A DNA stretch of 64,000 nt from Octopus vulgaris (taxonomy: Eukaryota): assembly GCA_951406725.2 (NCBI GenBank), contig OX597826.1, positions 18,786,001 through 18,850,000 of the forward strand. The letters run 5' to 3'. The position numbers and the translations under genes are program-made. Within the stretch, counting starts at the first letter, position 1. Every line of letters begins with the position of its first letter. This document shows, in pieces, positions 1-12,823 of this stretch. The notes beneath the pieces were generated by a model. The model did no database searches, was not told where the DNA came from, and was given only the letters and a program-made list of their open reading frames with translations.

Positions 1-39
1 TTCTACTTAGGGCATTAAAACTGCCAGATGGTACATTAT

Positions 40-178
40 GTACATTATTTACATTTGACAGATATTTGTCCTCATCTTGTTTGTTGTTAACACATTTCAG
101 TTGATATACCCTCCAGCATTCATCAGGTGTCTTGGGGAAATTTTAAACCTGGGTTCTCATTCCTAAGGTATTTTTCAA

Positions 179-215
<37 letters not shown>

Positions 216-230
216 ATTGTTGTTGTTGTA

Positions 231-268
<38 letters not shown>

Positions 269-346
269 CATTCAGGTCACCGCCTGGAATCAAACTTGGA
301 ATCTTGGGGTTAGTAGCCCACACTCTTAGCCACTATGCCATATGCC
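40..346 (-). mobile_element. tRNA-headed SINE-like element with (AAT/AAC)n linker and hammerhead-like tail
   Basis: Minus strand: A box TGGCATAGTGG, anticodon-like arm GGG-CTACTAA-CCC and B box GTTTGATTCC (272-346); microsatellite 179-270; then GACAC-CTGATGA...GAAAT-GTGTT (131-89). Confidence 0.65.
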
Positions 347-386
347 TGTGTCTATCACCCAAGTCGGCCACTGAAGAATTTGAACT

Positions 387-432
<46 letters not shown>

Positions 433-862
433 ATGTGTGTGTGAGAGAGAGAAAGCTTGTGCATATGTTTGTATGCTTGTTAATATACATGTATACATAT
501 ATTTATTTTCATATATTTACATTATATGGAAATATGGAAGTGACTAATACAATGACATTTGTATTATGAAGCCATGCTGGCAGACAAAGATGGAACAGTG
601 TTTGCGACACTAGCTCTGGTTCCACATCAGTAACTGCTTTCCATAATTTTAATATACTATCAGGTTAGTTTCCAGACAAACACTTCAGGTGTAACATTTG
701 TAAAAAGCTAATTGTGAATTGTTTATGTAGCTGAAGAGAGCCTGAAGATCAAAACACTGGACTCTCCAGTAATTTACCAGTTTTCTTAAAGTGGTAAAAG
801 TTTTGTTTCTTAATGACAACATGTAATAAGAAATAGAACAATACTATAGAGATAACTTATAC

Positions 863-940
<78 letters not shown>

Positions 941-1014
941 TAATGAGCAGAGTATATATTTTTATGAGCTACAGAACAGTATAATATATATATATGTATA
1001 CATGAATGTATATA

Positions 1015-1143
1015 TACTGGAGTAAGCACATAAATGTGAAACAAGGTGGAAAAAAGAGTACTCAAATACTCAAATATGCTTTATTAAAAGCAGTAGAAAT
1101 ATCACAAAACCTGTTACTCAGAGTAACATGTTCCTGTTCGTCG
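1015..1143 (-). mobile_element. Short (TA)n-embedded repeat, probable PLE terminal-repeat fragment
   Basis: Reverse complement of 55501-55637 and similar to 29610-29695 (shared GAGTAAGCA..AAATGTGAAA..AGTACTCAAATAC..TATGCTTTATT). Confidence 0.7.
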
Positions 1144-1149
1144 AGAGCA

Positions 1150-1262
1150 ATGTGAGGTGGAGTGTTTTGCTCAAGAACACAATGCATCACCCAATCCAGG
1201 AATGGAAACTGTGATCTCACAATCATGAGTGCAACAGAATAACGACTAGGCTATGTATCCTC
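1150..1262 (-). mobile_element. tRNA-derived SINE 5' fragment
   Basis: Minus strand reads CATAGCCTAGTCGTT..GTTGCACTCATGATTGTGAGATC..GTTTCCATTCC; a similar head is on + at about 60580-60635. Confidence 0.55.
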
Positions 1263-2529
1263 ACACACATACACAATGTAAATATCTATGTGTGCATGTA
1301 TGCACATATCACTCTCATCCTCTTCATCATTTTTTCCATGCTTGCATTGATTGAACGGAGTATTTTGAGGGAAGAATTTCTCTGCCTAGATGCCCTTCCT
1401 GTCACCATCTGTCACCTGGATCCAAGCAGGTTATTATTTCTCCATGGCAGATTTTTTTTGCTGAATATTACAAACAAAGACAACATTTGTATGATAATGA
1501 CACTCATATACAATTATCACATGATGTCAAGAAAAGGAGGCACAAGTACACACACACGCACACACACCCATGCATTTATATATTTATATCTAAGTATAAA
1601 AAACAACATTCAGCAACAATAATAATTTATCAGCATCAAAGGTTGTAGGATTTGCTCATATTGAAGTTTGGTAAGCTGAAAAAAACCCACAGTTAGTATC
1701 TAGGATTGCTATGAATGTGAATTGAAGGAATGTGAACAGGTAACATCCAGGCTAACTATGTACTCAGCTAACTACTCATCAGGCCAAAGAAACCATAGAT
1801 ATATAAAGGTTACACACATACACATATACACATATACACATATATACGCACACATGTGTGTGTGTGTCAGTGGGTACAATAAGCTTCTTTCAGTAACTGT
1901 CTACTAGATCCACTTGCTAAGTTTTGGTTGACCCAGGGCCATAGTAGACTGACTCAAGGACTGAATGACAGAACGGTTGAACCTGAAGCCATGTGATTGG
2001 GAAGTAGATTGCTTAGCTCTACAACAATGTTTGCACCTATAAAGTCACTGTGCAAATATTGTTTGCTTGTACAGATAACCTGGGCAAGCAATCCTAGAAC
2101 TGTCCTGGAATGTCTTGAAATAATAATGTCTTGCAGTATTAAAGGTATGAATGCTATCAGGAAAAGGTGTTCACATTAGAAAAGGTCAGAATGATATGGA
2201 AAGAAGACGGAGTGAGGATGGAGCTCAGAGACTGGGCTTTATGGCTGAGGTGTGAAAGGATGGTAAAAAGTAGCAGTGTATTTATACAGCACAGCCAAAT
2301 AACTTTTGCCAGCATGGAGAAATAATTGATTATGATTATGATGAATATATGTATTTGTGTGTATATGTATGTGTAGTAATTAGAATTATAATACCATATC
2401 TAAAGGTTTTGTCTCTGGATGACTTAGTAGATGAAAAGGAATAATGAATATTGGTTTGAAATTTTAATCATGTAATTTGTGAATTAGTATATCTCATTCT
2501 CTTTAGTACTTTTCAGATCATGTTTCATG

Positions 2530-3110
2530 GCAGTAACTTTTGTCAATACAGCAAGAATGAACTTATGATTTTGAATTGCATGAGTGGGTGTACAGCTGAC
2601 ACTCTCAAAAGAGTAAACTTCAGCATATTTATACTGAAGGCAATGATTGAAGCAAACCTGTCAAATATAAACTCCAGCCCTTCATGAAAGCAAACAGAAC
2701 CAATATACAATATGCATAGAAAATTTACCCCTTCTTGTGTCCTAAAAACTGCACTCAAAAGTAGAAGGATAAATTATTTCTCCTTAAATGAAACTACCTC
2801 AGAAACAACAATGATTTTTTACAAATATCTGGTATAAAGAAAGGAGTGTGTGATTTCATTTGTTTTAAAACATTTTCTTTCAAGAAATATTTGGAGCCAT
2901 ATACACAGAATAACAGAACCAGGAAAAGAAAAATCATTTGCTTCAACCCACTCTATGACTTCATTGTAGTGTCCAACAGAGTTAGAAATTTTGTTACATT
3001 ACTTAGGAAGCATTTTCCTATCAAACACAAGTATTACAAACTGTACTATAAAAGTAATATAAAAGTTAGCTACAGCTGTATAAAAAAATACTGTTAGATT
3101 GAAGCAATAA
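2530..3110 (+). mobile_element. Degenerate Penelope-like element, RT C-terminus/linker fragment
   Basis: ORF 2846-3097 reads RKRKIICFNPLY...LLRKHFPIKHKYYKLYYKSNIKVSYSC, matching the PLE linker pattern RKRKIIWFNPPY...HFP..H.L.K.FN.N.VKVSYSC. Confidence 0.75.
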
Positions 3111-3186
3111 AATTTAAGTACTGAGATCAGGACAAATTTAAATAAACCACCAGAACACAGCTGCAATAACACAATAAGCTGGTTGT

Positions 3187-3245
3187 CATAATAAAAGTCA
3201 GAGTTTTAGATGCTGGGGTTGAAGTCTGCTCTAGCATCTCATCAG
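3187..3245 (-). ncRNA. Decayed hammerhead-like motif, same family as 45534-45594
   Basis: Minus: CTGATGA-GATGCT...AGCATC-TAAAACTC-TGAC; stem II intact, GAAA mutated. Confidence 0.5.
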
Positions 3246-3362
3246 AACCAGATTATATTTATAGATAAATTCCTCTATTTTACATAATATCGAGGTCTCA
3301 TTCATTCTATTGTTGTCATATTATTATTATTATTGATATACATATATATTATATATATAAAA

Positions 3363-3776
3363 GGTAGAAGAGTGGCTGTGTGGTAAGTAGCTTGCTTACC
3401 AACCACATGGTTCTGGGTTCAGTCCCACTGCATGGCACCTTGGGCAAGTGTCTTCTACTATAGCCTCAGACCAACCAAAGCCTTGTGAGTGGATTTGGTA
3501 GACGGAAACTGAAAGAATCCTGTCATATACATGTATATGTATATATATGTGTGTGTGTTTGTTTGTCTGTGTTTGTCCCCTCCAATATCCCTTGACAACC
3601 GACGTTGGTGTGTTTACATCCCCGTAAATCAGTGGTTCAGCAAAAGAGACCAATAGAATAAGTATTAGGCTTACAAAGAATAAGTCCTGGGATCGATTTG
3701 CTCAACTAAAAGGCAGTGCTCCAGCATGGACACAGTCAAATGACTGAAACAAGTAAAAGAGTAAAAAAGTAAAGAA
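3363..3776 (+). mobile_element. Full-length tRNA-derived CORE-type SINE (family A)
   Basis: TGGCTGTGTGG A box, GGTTCAGTCCC B box, CCTTGGGCAAGTG core, internal (TA/TG)n and TGACTGAAACAAGTAAAAGA tail; many copies in the window. Confidence 0.9.
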
Positions 3777-3859
3777 TATATATATATGTGTGTGTGTGTG
3801 TGCATGTATGTATGTATGTATGTATGTATGTATGTATATATATAGACATGCAGTGTCTG

Positions 3860-4212
3860 TGCAAGACCCTGCCTCAGTAAAGCTGGACTCAAGAGTCACC
3901 TTCGTAGTCATAAAGCGAGACAGATGAGTGACAACCTGGCCACTGGTGGTGGTGTTACACACCATACTAATCATATCTGTCAGGCATGTGGAAGAGAGTG
4001 TAATTTGGCAGGAGGACTTAAACAACATGCAAAGGTACATGAAGCCCAGTTACAACTACAGCCGGCTATTACCAGTAAAGGTTTTAGTTGCCAATTGTGT
4101 ACAAGACATTGTAGATCTTTAGCTGGGCTAAAAAGTCACATTCGATCACAGCACCAATAACAGTTAAGCTTTGTGCAATGGCCATACTAGATAACGAGGG
4201 GGCAGCCATCAT
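3860..4212 (+). mobile_element. 3' end of an RTE-type LINE encoding two C-terminal C2H2 fingers
   Basis: CQAC..LKQHAKVH and CQLC..LKSHIRSQH, then stop and a short 3' UTR (GGCCATACTAGATAACGAGG..CAGCCATCAT) running into (TA)n; similar layout at 35915-36150. Confidence 0.6.
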
Positions 4213-4564
4213 ATATATATATGTATGCATGTATGTACTGACAAAAATTTGGTCAGCCCATTCTTATAATAGACGTTAGTTGCCCAGGGTACTGCATAGT
4301 GGAACTGGACCCAAGAGAAAAGCTTCTTAGCCACACAACCATACATATAGATAGATAGTTATATGTATTGAGAGATATAGCTCTATAGATATATGTATGT
4401 GGCTTTATATATATATATATATATACATGTTTGTATATTTGTATGTATATTTGCGCGTATATACTTGTGTATATTTGTGTATATATATGTTTATATATTT
4501 GTATATATATACCCATACATATACAAACTTACATGTGCATGTTTATGTACATATGTATACAATG

Positions 4565-4605
<41 letters not shown>

Positions 4606-4809
4606 ACACATGCGCGTGCACACACACACACTCACAACACAACACAGCTATACATGAATATCATTACAATCAGATGAGCCTTCAGTTACACTAATACTTG
4701 GAAATGTACATAATGCAAGCAGTACATAGACAGACAGACAGACACATACACATATATATTCTGCAGGTAATTAATATTTTACTGAGTTCTTGTATTGACC
4801 AGTTGTTTA

Positions 4810-4962
4810 AGTAGTAGTAGTAGTGGTTGGTGGTGGTGGTGGTGGTGGTGGTGGTGGTAATAGTAGTGGTGGTGGTGGTAGTAGCAGTAGTAATAGTAGT
4901 AGTAGTAGTAGTTGTAGTGGTGGTGGTGGTGGTTGTAGTAGTAGTAGTAGTGGTGGTGGCGA

Positions 4963-5029
<67 letters not shown>

Positions 5030-5117
5030 GGTGGTGGTGGTTGCAGTAGTAATAGTGGTGGTGGTAGTGGTGGTGGTAGTTGTAGTAGTAGTGGTGGTTG
5101 TGGTGGTTGTGGTGATG

Positions 5118-5149
<32 letters not shown>

Positions 5150-5156
5150 GGTGATG

Positions 5157-5216
<60 letters not shown>

Positions 5217-5250
5217 TTCGTGGTGGTGGTGGTGGTGGTGGTGGTAGTAG
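4810..5250. repeat. Compound (GGT)n/(AGT)n microsatellite
   Basis: About 440 bp of alternating GGT and AGT triplet blocks, seen directly. Confidence 0.97.
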
Positions 5251-5974
5251 TTTTTCCTGTTGTTATAAGTATTCTGGTTCACATTTGATAAATTTCCATG
5301 GGATACTTTACAGGATTTGTAAGGGTTTGCATATGTATGTTAATATGAATTTATATGAAAGCTATTTTACTGACCTGTAAGCAAGACCTTGTCCCTGAAT
5401 GTAGCCATGAACTGCAGTTTCTCAGCAAAAAGCCGAGATTAATTACGGCCTGTTAATGACCATTCCAAAACTCTGTTGTTTTGCCAATAATTTAGGGAAA
5501 ATCACTAATATTTACCTCACAGTGAGACTATAATATGCAGCCTGTCAGAGAAATGAGCCCTGCAAGGTGAAGTGGCTGCTGCAACAGATGGCGCTGTCCA
5601 TTCTCTGTAGCAATGCCATCATGGTCATCATCACAGGGCACTTCTGAGTACACCATTTGTTCTGGGGTAAGTGACCCATCTTCCCCTCTTCTATCTTCTG
5701 CTACTTTAACCCCCTCCACTTTTTTCTTTTCCTTTTTTTTATCTCTTTTTTTCTTGCTTCTTTGTATTGAAATATAAATAACTAGAGACCAAAATTAATT
5801 ACCAAATTAAATGAAAGGAATAAGTGAACACAGAAAAAGAAAAACAAATTAAGTTAATATAAACTATTATAACACAAAACACTCAACCAGTTATGAACTT
5901 TATATGCTTCAAATACATCAATATTCATTGGTCTGCAAAATCATTTAGTTTCTGTGCTGAGTGATTGAAAGATG

Positions 5975-6240
5975 AGCAATAAGAGCGAATTGTATGATGC
6001 ATATGTTCAAACTGCGATGTTGCATGGTAGTGAGAGGGAGGTCTTAAATGCAGAAGAGGTGAGAAGTACAAAAACAAATGAGGCAAGCTTGATTTAATGG
6101 ATGTGTAATGTTAGTATGCATGAACACCAATGTGCAAATAAGTTGAGAGAAATACTTGGTATAAGAGGAATCAATTGTAGTGAGCAAGAGAGAAGGCTGC
6201 ACTGGCTGGGAATGTGATGCATATGGGTGAGGACAGAATC
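5975..6240 (+). mobile_element. RTE LINE ORF2 fragment, family of 24227-24820
   Basis: LYDAYVQTAMLHGSE...EASLI*WMCNVS...LREILGIRGI...ERRLHW. Confidence 0.8.
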
Positions 6241-7351
6241 GGTTGAGGCAGATTTTCTATGGCCAGATACCCTCCTGTTGTCAACCCTTACCTTCTTCCA
6301 AGCACTATGCCCAGACGTGTTTCTACAGAATGTTGGAGATAAATGACATTCATTTACAATTACAGAATGTCAAGGCAAGCCAACAAACACACTCACCCAC
6401 ATACATACATGTGTATATATGTATATATACATATATGTAAAGGGCTTTTATTTTCCAATGTCTACCAAATCCAGTTGCAAGGCTTTGGTCGGCCAGGACT
6501 ACAATAAAAGACACTTGTCTGAGGTGCCACAATGGGACTGAGCCAAGTCTGAACCTTTAGCCATGCCTGCACCTATAGCCTCCTCCTCCTCATCACCACC
6601 ACCACACCATCATCATCATCATCATCATCATCATCATTTAACATCTATATCCCATATTGCCTTGGTTTGATTGATTTGACATGGTCTAATGAGTTCAAAC
6701 GACTGTCTTGCCCCAATGTCTCCTTTGATATGCTTCCCCTGACTGGATGCACTCCTTAACACCAACCATTTCATGGCCTGTACTGGATGCCATTTTATAG
6801 TTGCTTTTTTTTGTATCAACACCAGAGAGTTCACCAAACAGACTGAAAGACTAAAATCCCTTTCAACAGAAGGGGTTATAGTGCAGAGGGAAAGGGTGTT
6901 ATGCTATGGAATGAGGATTTAAAGTGAGACAGAGAGGTCACAATAAAACAAGTTTCTTGGTGTAGGTGGGGCTACACAGCTGCTCATGTTATAGAAGAGA
7001 GTGTGGGAGTGGTCAATGTGAAGCTGAAAGTGATAAAAATAATGGTGCGGTGGTGTCTGGGTGGACCTTCAAGATATAAGGTGAGTAGAAGTGGGTAGAG
7101 ACAAGAGACCAGGTATTATGTATGGTAGAGGTTGCATACTTCAGAGAGTGAGAGATGGTTGCAGATAGGGAATGGGTGAGGAGGTGAATATTATGACCAA
7201 GTGCTGAGGGAGAATTAGATGCTGACTGAAGAAATTGGGAAATGTTAAGAGGTTTGAGTGATAACCAATGATGTATGGGTTGGAGAAAGGCAGGGGAGAG
7301 TAGATGACTGATGGTGCAGAGAAGGGAGCCAGATGCAGAAGAGCAGCAGAA

Positions 7352-7570
7352 TATTGGTCTCAAATTTTGGCACAAGGCCAGCAATTTCAGAGGAGGGGAT
7401 AAGTCAATTATATCAACCCCAGTGTTCCACTGGTATTTATTTCATCAGCTCTGAAAGGATGAAACGCAATGTTGTCCTCAGCAGAATTTGAACTCAGAAC
7501 ATAAAAAAGTGGATGAAATACCACTAAGCATTTTGCCCAGTGTGCTAATGATTCTGCCAGCTCACTGCCT
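7352..7570 (-). mobile_element. tRNA-derived SINE (family B)
   Basis: Minus: GGCAGTGAGCTGGCAGAATCATTAGCAC..GTTCTGAGTTCAAATTCTGC..TTTCATCCTTTC..GGCCTTGTGCC; homologous to 48379-48590. Confidence 0.85.
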
Positions 7571-7584
7571 TCGAGCAACAAAAT

Positions 7585-7619
<35 letters not shown>

Positions 7620-7799
7620 TAAAGCAGACAGGGGAGGAAACAGATAAGATGTGAGAGTGGGGAGATGACATGTGGTTAAGCAGGTTATAAGAGTTTGGGG
7701 CAGAAGTAATCAATGGGGGAAGGGGTAAATGTATGAGGGTGGAAGAGAGATGATTTGGTGATTCTGATGTGCAACTATCCTGCAATGTCAAGACAAGGG

Positions 7800-7968
7800 G
7801 GCACAAACACACACATAATGGGGCTTCTTTCAGTTTCCTCTCACCAAGCCTTAGTTGACCCTGGACTATAGTAAATGATACTGGCCAAAGTATCATACAT
7901 TGAGCCTGAACTTGGAACTGCATAGTTGGGAAGCAAACATCTCAACCACACAGCCATGCCTGCACCTA
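7800..7968 (-). mobile_element. SINE family A 5' fragment
   Basis: Reverse complement of the head of 3363-3776. Other partial copies at about 1870-2040, 4255-4340, 6440-6575, 24880-25020, 28225-28320, 32540-32745 and 47040-47165. Confidence 0.8.
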
Positions 7969-10900
7969 TATATGTATATTTATATTACAAATATATGTAT
8001 ACACTTTGCATATATATATATGTGTATATATCACAAAACTTCTCTCTTTCATGTCTAGCAACATTTTTCAACCAATGGAATCAAGAATTATGATTTAATG
8101 TATGCTTAAACCTTATCCAGGAACAAAGTTTAACAAGGTCTTTGTCTTTATGCCATTATCGGTACCATTGTTCTGACAATGAATCGGAAAGGTTCCTTGT
8201 CATGAAGACAACACATGAAGACAACACATGAAATGAAATCTAACACAAAGATTTCATATCAGATAGCTGTTGGATGTTTTGGAGGTGTGATTGGAAAAAG
8301 CTTGAAATTACGAAGTCAGGAAAAGAGGACAGAGTACCATTAACAGTCAATCAAAGATATTGACAGGATTCTCTGATGAAACAGGGTCATTTCAAAAGTT
8401 AGCTAAAAACTGGAAGTTTAGGAAGTTAACAGCATTGTTACAGTAATGATAACAATATATGTAGTTTGCATGTGCAATAAAAACCATGACCTGGTGCACA
8501 TATGCAGTAGTGACAACACAGTGCAAATATAGTGGCAAATGCTGTTATGTACAAATGTGTAATAACAGACATGCATATATGTGCATAGCAGTTGCAAGAT
8601 AGTGCACATTGCATACTGAGTAATATCAACTACAATGTGATGTATGTTGCATACAGTGCGATGTTCATATAGATGTGCAACAACAAATGCAATTGGGTGT
8701 GTGCATGTAACAGCAATTACAATGTGATCCACATTTTCAGCATCAGCTTCAATGTGCTCAGCGTATCCCCTAACAACTACAATGTAATGCACATACAGGA
8801 TAGAAGCCTGTGTTATGCACATGCGTAATAATAATTATAATAAGTTTTATATATAGATGCCATAGAAAGTATTATGTGTTGCTTATATGCAATAACTATT
8901 ATGAGGCAATGCATATGGGCAATATTAACTGAGGCCCAGGCTATAGGAGCAACAGCAAGTACTGTGTGAGGCCCAAGTTCATTTCAGTGTGGGTTATACC
9001 TTCTCTAACTTTTGTTTTATTATTGTTTATTAATGATCTTCAGATCTTTATGTTTTGAACATCAGAGACTCAAAATTTGAAAAGAGAAAAAAATTTTAAT
9101 TAAATTTTTTTTTTAAACAATATAAAAAAAAATGATTTTTTTTAGAAGTCAATAAGGAACCTCAATCCATTAATTTCTGAATGGAATTATATATTGATTG
9201 CATGGATAAAGAACACGAATATCTTGTAATAGATGTATTAGTTTTGCAAAATAATAAAAGTAAGTGTATTCAGTAATGTGAACATTAAGTATTGTACTGT
9301 TTGACTTTAGGAAAATTTTAAAATGCTGTTGTTTCAATTTACTAAGAATGAAAATGTAATTACAAATGCCAACAAAATTTATTTATACACTTCAAATGCA
9401 GGCAGAGTGTGTTTGTATATGGAAATAAAGCACAAACTGTAACTGTTATGTCCATATATGCACACGTTACAAAAAAACCCGAAAAGATAAAGAAATCCCC
9501 TAAAAACAGTTTCTGATTTTCAAAAAATTCCAAGGCATGTGGGGATTACAATATCCCACTTTAATGAATAAACACCACATGTGATGTACATGTGCAATAG
9601 CAACTATCATGTAGTAACCATTTATTCCAGTAAATCACTGAGGTGTGGCAGGAGCTTAATTTCTTCCTTGAGGGAATACTTTGAGTTACCAATACTCTAT
9701 GGCAAATGATTAAATTCTGTATTGAAATAACTCAACATCATCTCAAGGAACTAATCACAGAAAAAAGAATGCAAGTTCCTGGATCTGCTAATTGAACATC
9801 ACACCTTTGCCATCCTACACCTGTAATAGACTAATGACTGGAAATAAATTAAAACCAAAGCAAACCTCACAGTATTTATGGTCAGCCTAGGAAAGATCCT
9901 CACAATTGAGGTAATGGAAGAATCCTGCTGTAAAGTATTCAGACCAGAATAGACACACTTAATCTAAATGTAATATGGGAGTATGAACGACAACATGAAT
10001 GCTTTGAAGTATCAATGTGTCAGTGTGTTAGGTGATGGATGAATTTCTCATGTATTGCATAGTATGATCACTCTCACAGAAGATGACTGTATCAGTGTAT
10101 TAGAATATGAATGTCTCTATGTGATGGCAGATAAATAACTTATGAATGACTGTTTTAATGTGTTAGTGTATGAATGCATCGATGTGTTGGAAAGTGAATG
10201 ACTGCTTCAATGCATTAACAATGAGCTATGGTTTGAAAAGGACAAGCCACAAATTTATCCTCCAATGGGTTGATCTTAAACAGGCAACTCTGGGTATATC
10301 CAAAAAGCTGTGGCAATCTTCCTATTATTTTAATGTCAGTGTGTAATCTGAAAATATTTTTGATTTAGTAGTGTCTTGATACTCATCTGTACCCTACCTC
10401 ACCTTAGCTAAGGACCATATTATACAGTTTAACATGCAATGAGGAATTCTACGGGTTATAGTGAGATCGTCTGAACACACTGCACTCTTGTTACTATCTG
10501 TTTTATTCTTGTACACCCATATTTTCTATGCTACTGGCCACAGAAAAGATATGGGAAGTGGATTCAGTCAGAGCATAATAGTTACTGTTCATCAATGCTT
10601 ATCGCTTGGTGTACATCCCATAACAATGTCTGGGGCCAGTGAGCCTATTGACTTGTTAGTATATCTGTGTATCATCATCATCATCATCGTCATCATCGTC
10701 ACCATCATCATCATCATCATCATCATCACCATCAACATTTAATGTCCATTTTCCATTCTGACATGGGTTGGATGGCTTGACAAGAACTAGCAAAGGGTGC
10801 TGCATTAAGTTCCATAATCTGTTTTGCTTGATGCCCTTCCTTATGCTGACAACTGTGCATGTGTTTTTTACATTTGTCCTGGCCAACTGGGGAGACAGCA

Positions 10901-12398
10901 TTTTCAGGATGTCACTGTACGGTGCTCTGAGTGTCTATATACAATGTTTGAGTGTTTAATGTGAGAGCATTGATGATTGAGTTGAAAAGATATTGAGCAG
11001 CCATCAAATATCTTGGTGGTACCTAGTTTGAGTATTTGGTACCTAGTCTGAGCATTTTCAAGCAGTATTAGGAACTGTAAGGTTTGAATCTTACCATGGC
11101 ACAAAAATCATGTCCTTCACATGTCCAGGAGATGCTTCATTTTTAGTAATGATAATTAATTCTGAAAATAAAAGGTGTGAAAATTACAGAATCAGAAGTC
11201 TTTCATATTATGTCTGAGCTGGATCTGATCCACTGAATGGATATTTCAATTTTGAAAAGGAACTGGAGGGAAAATGTGACAGCATTGATGATTGAGTTGA
11301 AGATATATTGAGCAGCCATCAAGTATCTTGGTGGCACTAATCTGTCATTAATTATTGGTACTATATGTACCATTTATCAAATAACTTAACACTATCTAGT
11401 TAAGTTTGCCCATCCGTCAGTGTTAGTTGAATACACAGTAAAAAATATTTAATTGGAATTAGATACTGAAATTGATGAAGAATTCACCACTTCACCAAAG
11501 CTACTGAACTCAGAACATGAAGACACAAAATACCATTAGCCTGGTGTGTAAACAATTCTGCTAACTGGCCAACCTTATTTACATCCAAATATTATCAACC
11601 ATTCATGTCATATATCCATATAAGTGTTGTTGTTGTCATCATTCCTGGATACATGAACCTTTGATACTAACTTGTCTCCTCAATTAATTTTCACTAGATA
11701 ATGGTGAAGACTACAGAAGAATAGTGTCTCTCAGACACTTAACTCTATGGAAAGCAAATGAATGAACCAGCTACATGGATCTTTAAGAAAAAAAACAAAA
11801 CATTTTTGTATTCCAAAGTAGTTGCAAGGTTAGCATAAGTGTTGGTAACTGCTAACAGAAAAAGAGTTTCATATCACAACCAGAGCAATACATCATAAAG
11901 ACGTTTATAGATTATTAACAGAATTTTAAATAATATTCTCAGATCAATATTGAACTGGTAAAGTTTTATCAATTTCTACATTGCTTATTTTCGGTATTTC
12001 CACTCACATTTTCAGTCACACTATTTGTTTTCTATTCTGATTGACCATCTATATATCTCTCAGTTTGAAAATGATGTATATTATATGATGTGTGTGTGTG
12101 TGTAAGTGAGAGAGAGAGAGAGAGACAGAGTCAGACAGAAAGACAGAGTTAGACAGAGTGTATGTATATACAAACACATACACATACATCTGCACACATA
12201 CACACACGCATATATTTATATTAATATCTGTTTTTATACCAAGCTATATATAACAACAATTCAGCACTACACTTTGGTATTGCTCAATACTTTTTAATAC
12301 AATACACATTTATTTATACTTTTACAAGGAAAAAACTGTCAGTAACTTTGAAGTTTCAGCTTGTTTACTTTATATATATAAATGTATGTATGTGTGTG

Positions 12399-12439
<41 letters not shown>

Positions 12440-12477
12440 ATGTATGTATACACACACATATATATACATATATAATA

Positions 12478-12686
12478 TCTATCTATCTATCTATCTATCT
12501 ATATATATGTGTATGTATGTATGTATGTATGTATGTATGTATGTATGTATGTATGTATGTATGTATGTATGTATGTATGTATGTATGTATGTATGTATAT
12601 ATACATACATACACACATACATACATACATACATACATACATACATACATACATACATACATACATACATACATACATACATACAT
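12478..12686. repeat. (TATC)n, then (TATG)n directly followed by its complement (CATA)n
   Basis: Seen directly; the two tetranucleotide tracts form an inverted pair. Confidence 0.95.
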
Positions 12687-12791
12687 GTTTTACTTGTTTC
12701 AGTCATTAGACTGCAACTATGCTGAGGCACCACCTTGAATTTTATGTATATATATATATATACACATATATATGTGTGTGTGTGTGTGTAT

Positions 12792-12823
<32 letters not shown>

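Noticed and set aside
272-346. Functional tRNA gene
   Set aside because: Acceptor and T stems do not pair properly and the B box is mutated; behaves as a SINE head.
731-775. CTGAAGA...AAAAC-ACTGG-actct-CCAGT-A hammerhead-like pattern
   Set aside because: GAAA absent, register wrong and no stem I; too degenerate to call.
3924-4160. Host C2H2 zinc-finger gene
   Set aside because: No TGEKP linkers; LINE-like 3' end, and a second analogous decayed copy in the window.
4779-5380. Long ORFs (poly-G/S, poly-V, poly-H/Y) and similar YI/CV/HT/N-D ORFs throughout the window
   Set aside because: Translations of stop-free microsatellites; no coding complexity.
5528-5719. 63-aa minus-strand ORF MEGVKVAEDRRG...
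   Set aside because: Start codon is not ATG, and there is no recognisable domain or convincing splice context; kept only as a unique island.
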